Positions 62,535-64,000 of a stretch of DNA of 64,000 nucleotides are shown piece by piece. Origin of the DNA: Octopus bimaculoides. Its lineage: Eukaryota. The stretch lies in the NCBI RefSeq assembly GCF_001194135.2, contig NC_068993.1, positions 16,737,891-16,801,890 of the forward strand, written 5' to 3'. Numbering within the stretch: the stretch's first letter is position 1; every line of letters begins with the position of its first letter. A model generated the notes under the pieces. It was given only the letters and a program-made list of their open reading frames with translations, was not told the origin of the DNA and did not search any database. The position numbers and the translations under genes are program-made.

Positions 62535-62806
62535 GTAGCCATGTTTCTTTTCTAACGTGAGTCATCTTTTCTGCCCCTCAGTACTATTCCCCCACCAGTT
62601 CAGGAGTTTTGTCCTACAACAAGTGTCATGTAAAAACACCCAGTACACTTTGTAAAGTGATTGGCATTAGGAAGGGTATCCAGCCATAGAAATTATGCCA
62701 AAAACAGACAACAGAACTTGGTGCAATCTTTTGACTTGCCAGTTTCTATCAAACCATCCTACCCATGCCAGCATGGAAAATGGATGTTAAATGATGATGA
62801 TGATGA
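61805..62806 (+). mobile_element. Older 5'-truncated RTE LINE with C-rich 3' UTR and (GAT)n tail
   Basis: AVTAEDMRRLERNE...MQEKRLHWYGHVMHMEEDSCIKKC...GRPRKTW; family B end at 62620-62806. Confidence 0.8.
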
Positions 62807-63369
62807 AAGCTTGGGTTGACCTAAGGTTAAAATTAAAGACACTCAGTCAAGGTGCCATGCAGTGAGATTGAACTCAGATGCCTATGGCTACAAAGTCAAC
62901 TTCATAACCACACAGCCATACCTAAACCTACAGTTGAATATTCTGCATTACTTTAAATAATTCATCTGTAGAATGCAAGCTTAATCCTAACTTAGAATTA
63001 CAGCAGAATATGAGATTGAAGGAGCCAACAAGGAAGTTTCTAATGTTTATTTCCAAATACTAATAACATAATTTCCTGGTGAGACTCTTTAAAAAGAACA
63101 GGAATTTATGTCAGTTGATTTAGCATTGGTATCTCATTAGCTCAGAGAAAGGAAAGATACGGTTGACCATGTTCAGGAGCTGAACATAGAACTCAAAGGT
63201 ATCCAAATAGACAAGGCAAGCCTCCAAGTCTGTGTTTTCTGTCTTCTCTGCCATCTCTGCCACCACCACCACTACCATCACTACCACCACTTTTATTTGT
63301 AATGAATGTTTATCATTAGCACAAGGTCATAAATTTATCAAATAGAGAGTATTCAGTCAAAGTCGATAA

Positions 63370-63702
63370 TAGTATTGGTTTCAAATTTTGACACAAGGCC
63401 AGCAATTTTAGGGGAGGGGTAAGTTGTTTACATAACTCCAAAAGGATGAAAGGCAAAGTCGACATCAGCAGAATTTGAACTCTAAACGTAAAGATGGGTG
63501 GAATGCTGCTAAGCATCTTGCCTGGTGTTCTAACAATTCTGCTAGCTTGCTGCCTTAAAAATAATGATAATAATAATCCTTTCTATTACAGGCACAAGGC
63601 CTCAAATTTTGTGGGAAGGAGGCTAGACGATTACATTGATCCCAGTGTGTAATTGGTACTTTTTTCATTGACCCTAAAAGGATAAAAGTCAACCTTGGCA
63701 GA
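63370..63702 (-). mobile_element. Two tandem family C SINE copies, the second interrupted by an RTE
   Basis: ttggtttcaaattttgacacaaggccagc...gtcgacatcagcagaatttgaactc; the second copy breaks at ggcagaa|tcaaagg. Confidence 0.8.
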
Positions 63703-64000
63703 ATCAAAGGCAGGTTAACTAGCAAGTTAGTTTTTGTTTGTGGCAGATGTTCAGGTGCAATAAAGACTGCAAACAAACAGGAAACAACTTCTATCTCATT
63801 CCAGGGTGAAAAACTAGAGGTAGTCGATAGCTTCCGCTATCTGGGCGACCAAGTTAGTAGTGGGGGTGGGTGCGCTGAAAGTGTAGCTGCTAGAATAAGA
63901 ATAGCCTGGGCAAAGTTTAGAGAGCTCTTACCCCTGCTGGCGACAAAGGGACTCTCACTCAGAGTAAAAGGCAGACTGTATGACGCATGCGTACGAACAA
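63703..64000 (+). mobile_element. Young 5'-truncated RTE LINE (RT region, open to the window end)
   Basis: Stop-free IKGRLTSKLVFVCGRCSG...EVVDSFRYLGDQVSSGGGCAESVAARIRIAWAKFRELLPLLATKGLSLRVKGRLYDACVRT; CpG-rich. Confidence 0.95.

Overview
AT-rich, CpG-depleted, microsatellite-rich animal DNA with four assembly gaps. It is almost entirely a transposable-element landscape, and the tRNA-derived SINEs, RTE LINEs with (GAT)n tails and mariner/Tc1 relics suggest an octopus/cephalopod genome (inference, not verified). No complete host gene could be identified, and nearly all ORFs in the supplied track are spurious or TE fragments. Supported elements: (1) a 2872-bp Gypsy LTR retrotransposon (18716-21587; 201-bp LTRs, TTTAC TSD, tRNA-Ser-type PBS) lacking RT/RNase H; (2) several Tc1/mariner elements with identifiable TIRs; (3) a pogo/POGK-like transposase relic; (4) a hAT MITE with an 8-bp TSD; (5) RTE, CR1-like and R4/RLE-type LINE fragments; (6) dozens of SINE copies. 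The most interesting signal is a type I minimal hammerhead ribozyme (22734-22779) carrying a G12>A lesion, inside a ~327-nt unit bounded by ~60-nt direct repeats, which resembles a Penelope-derived/retrozyme-like element; two weaker hammerhead-like cores occur elsewhere. Also notable: reciprocal CpG decay between the twin LTRs (implying methylation, possibly within a gene body), a phase-compatible pair of candidate exons (54519-54583, 61516-61578), and two near-identical RTE copies truncated 17 nt apart. Coordinates and counts are manual; SINE boundaries are approximate.
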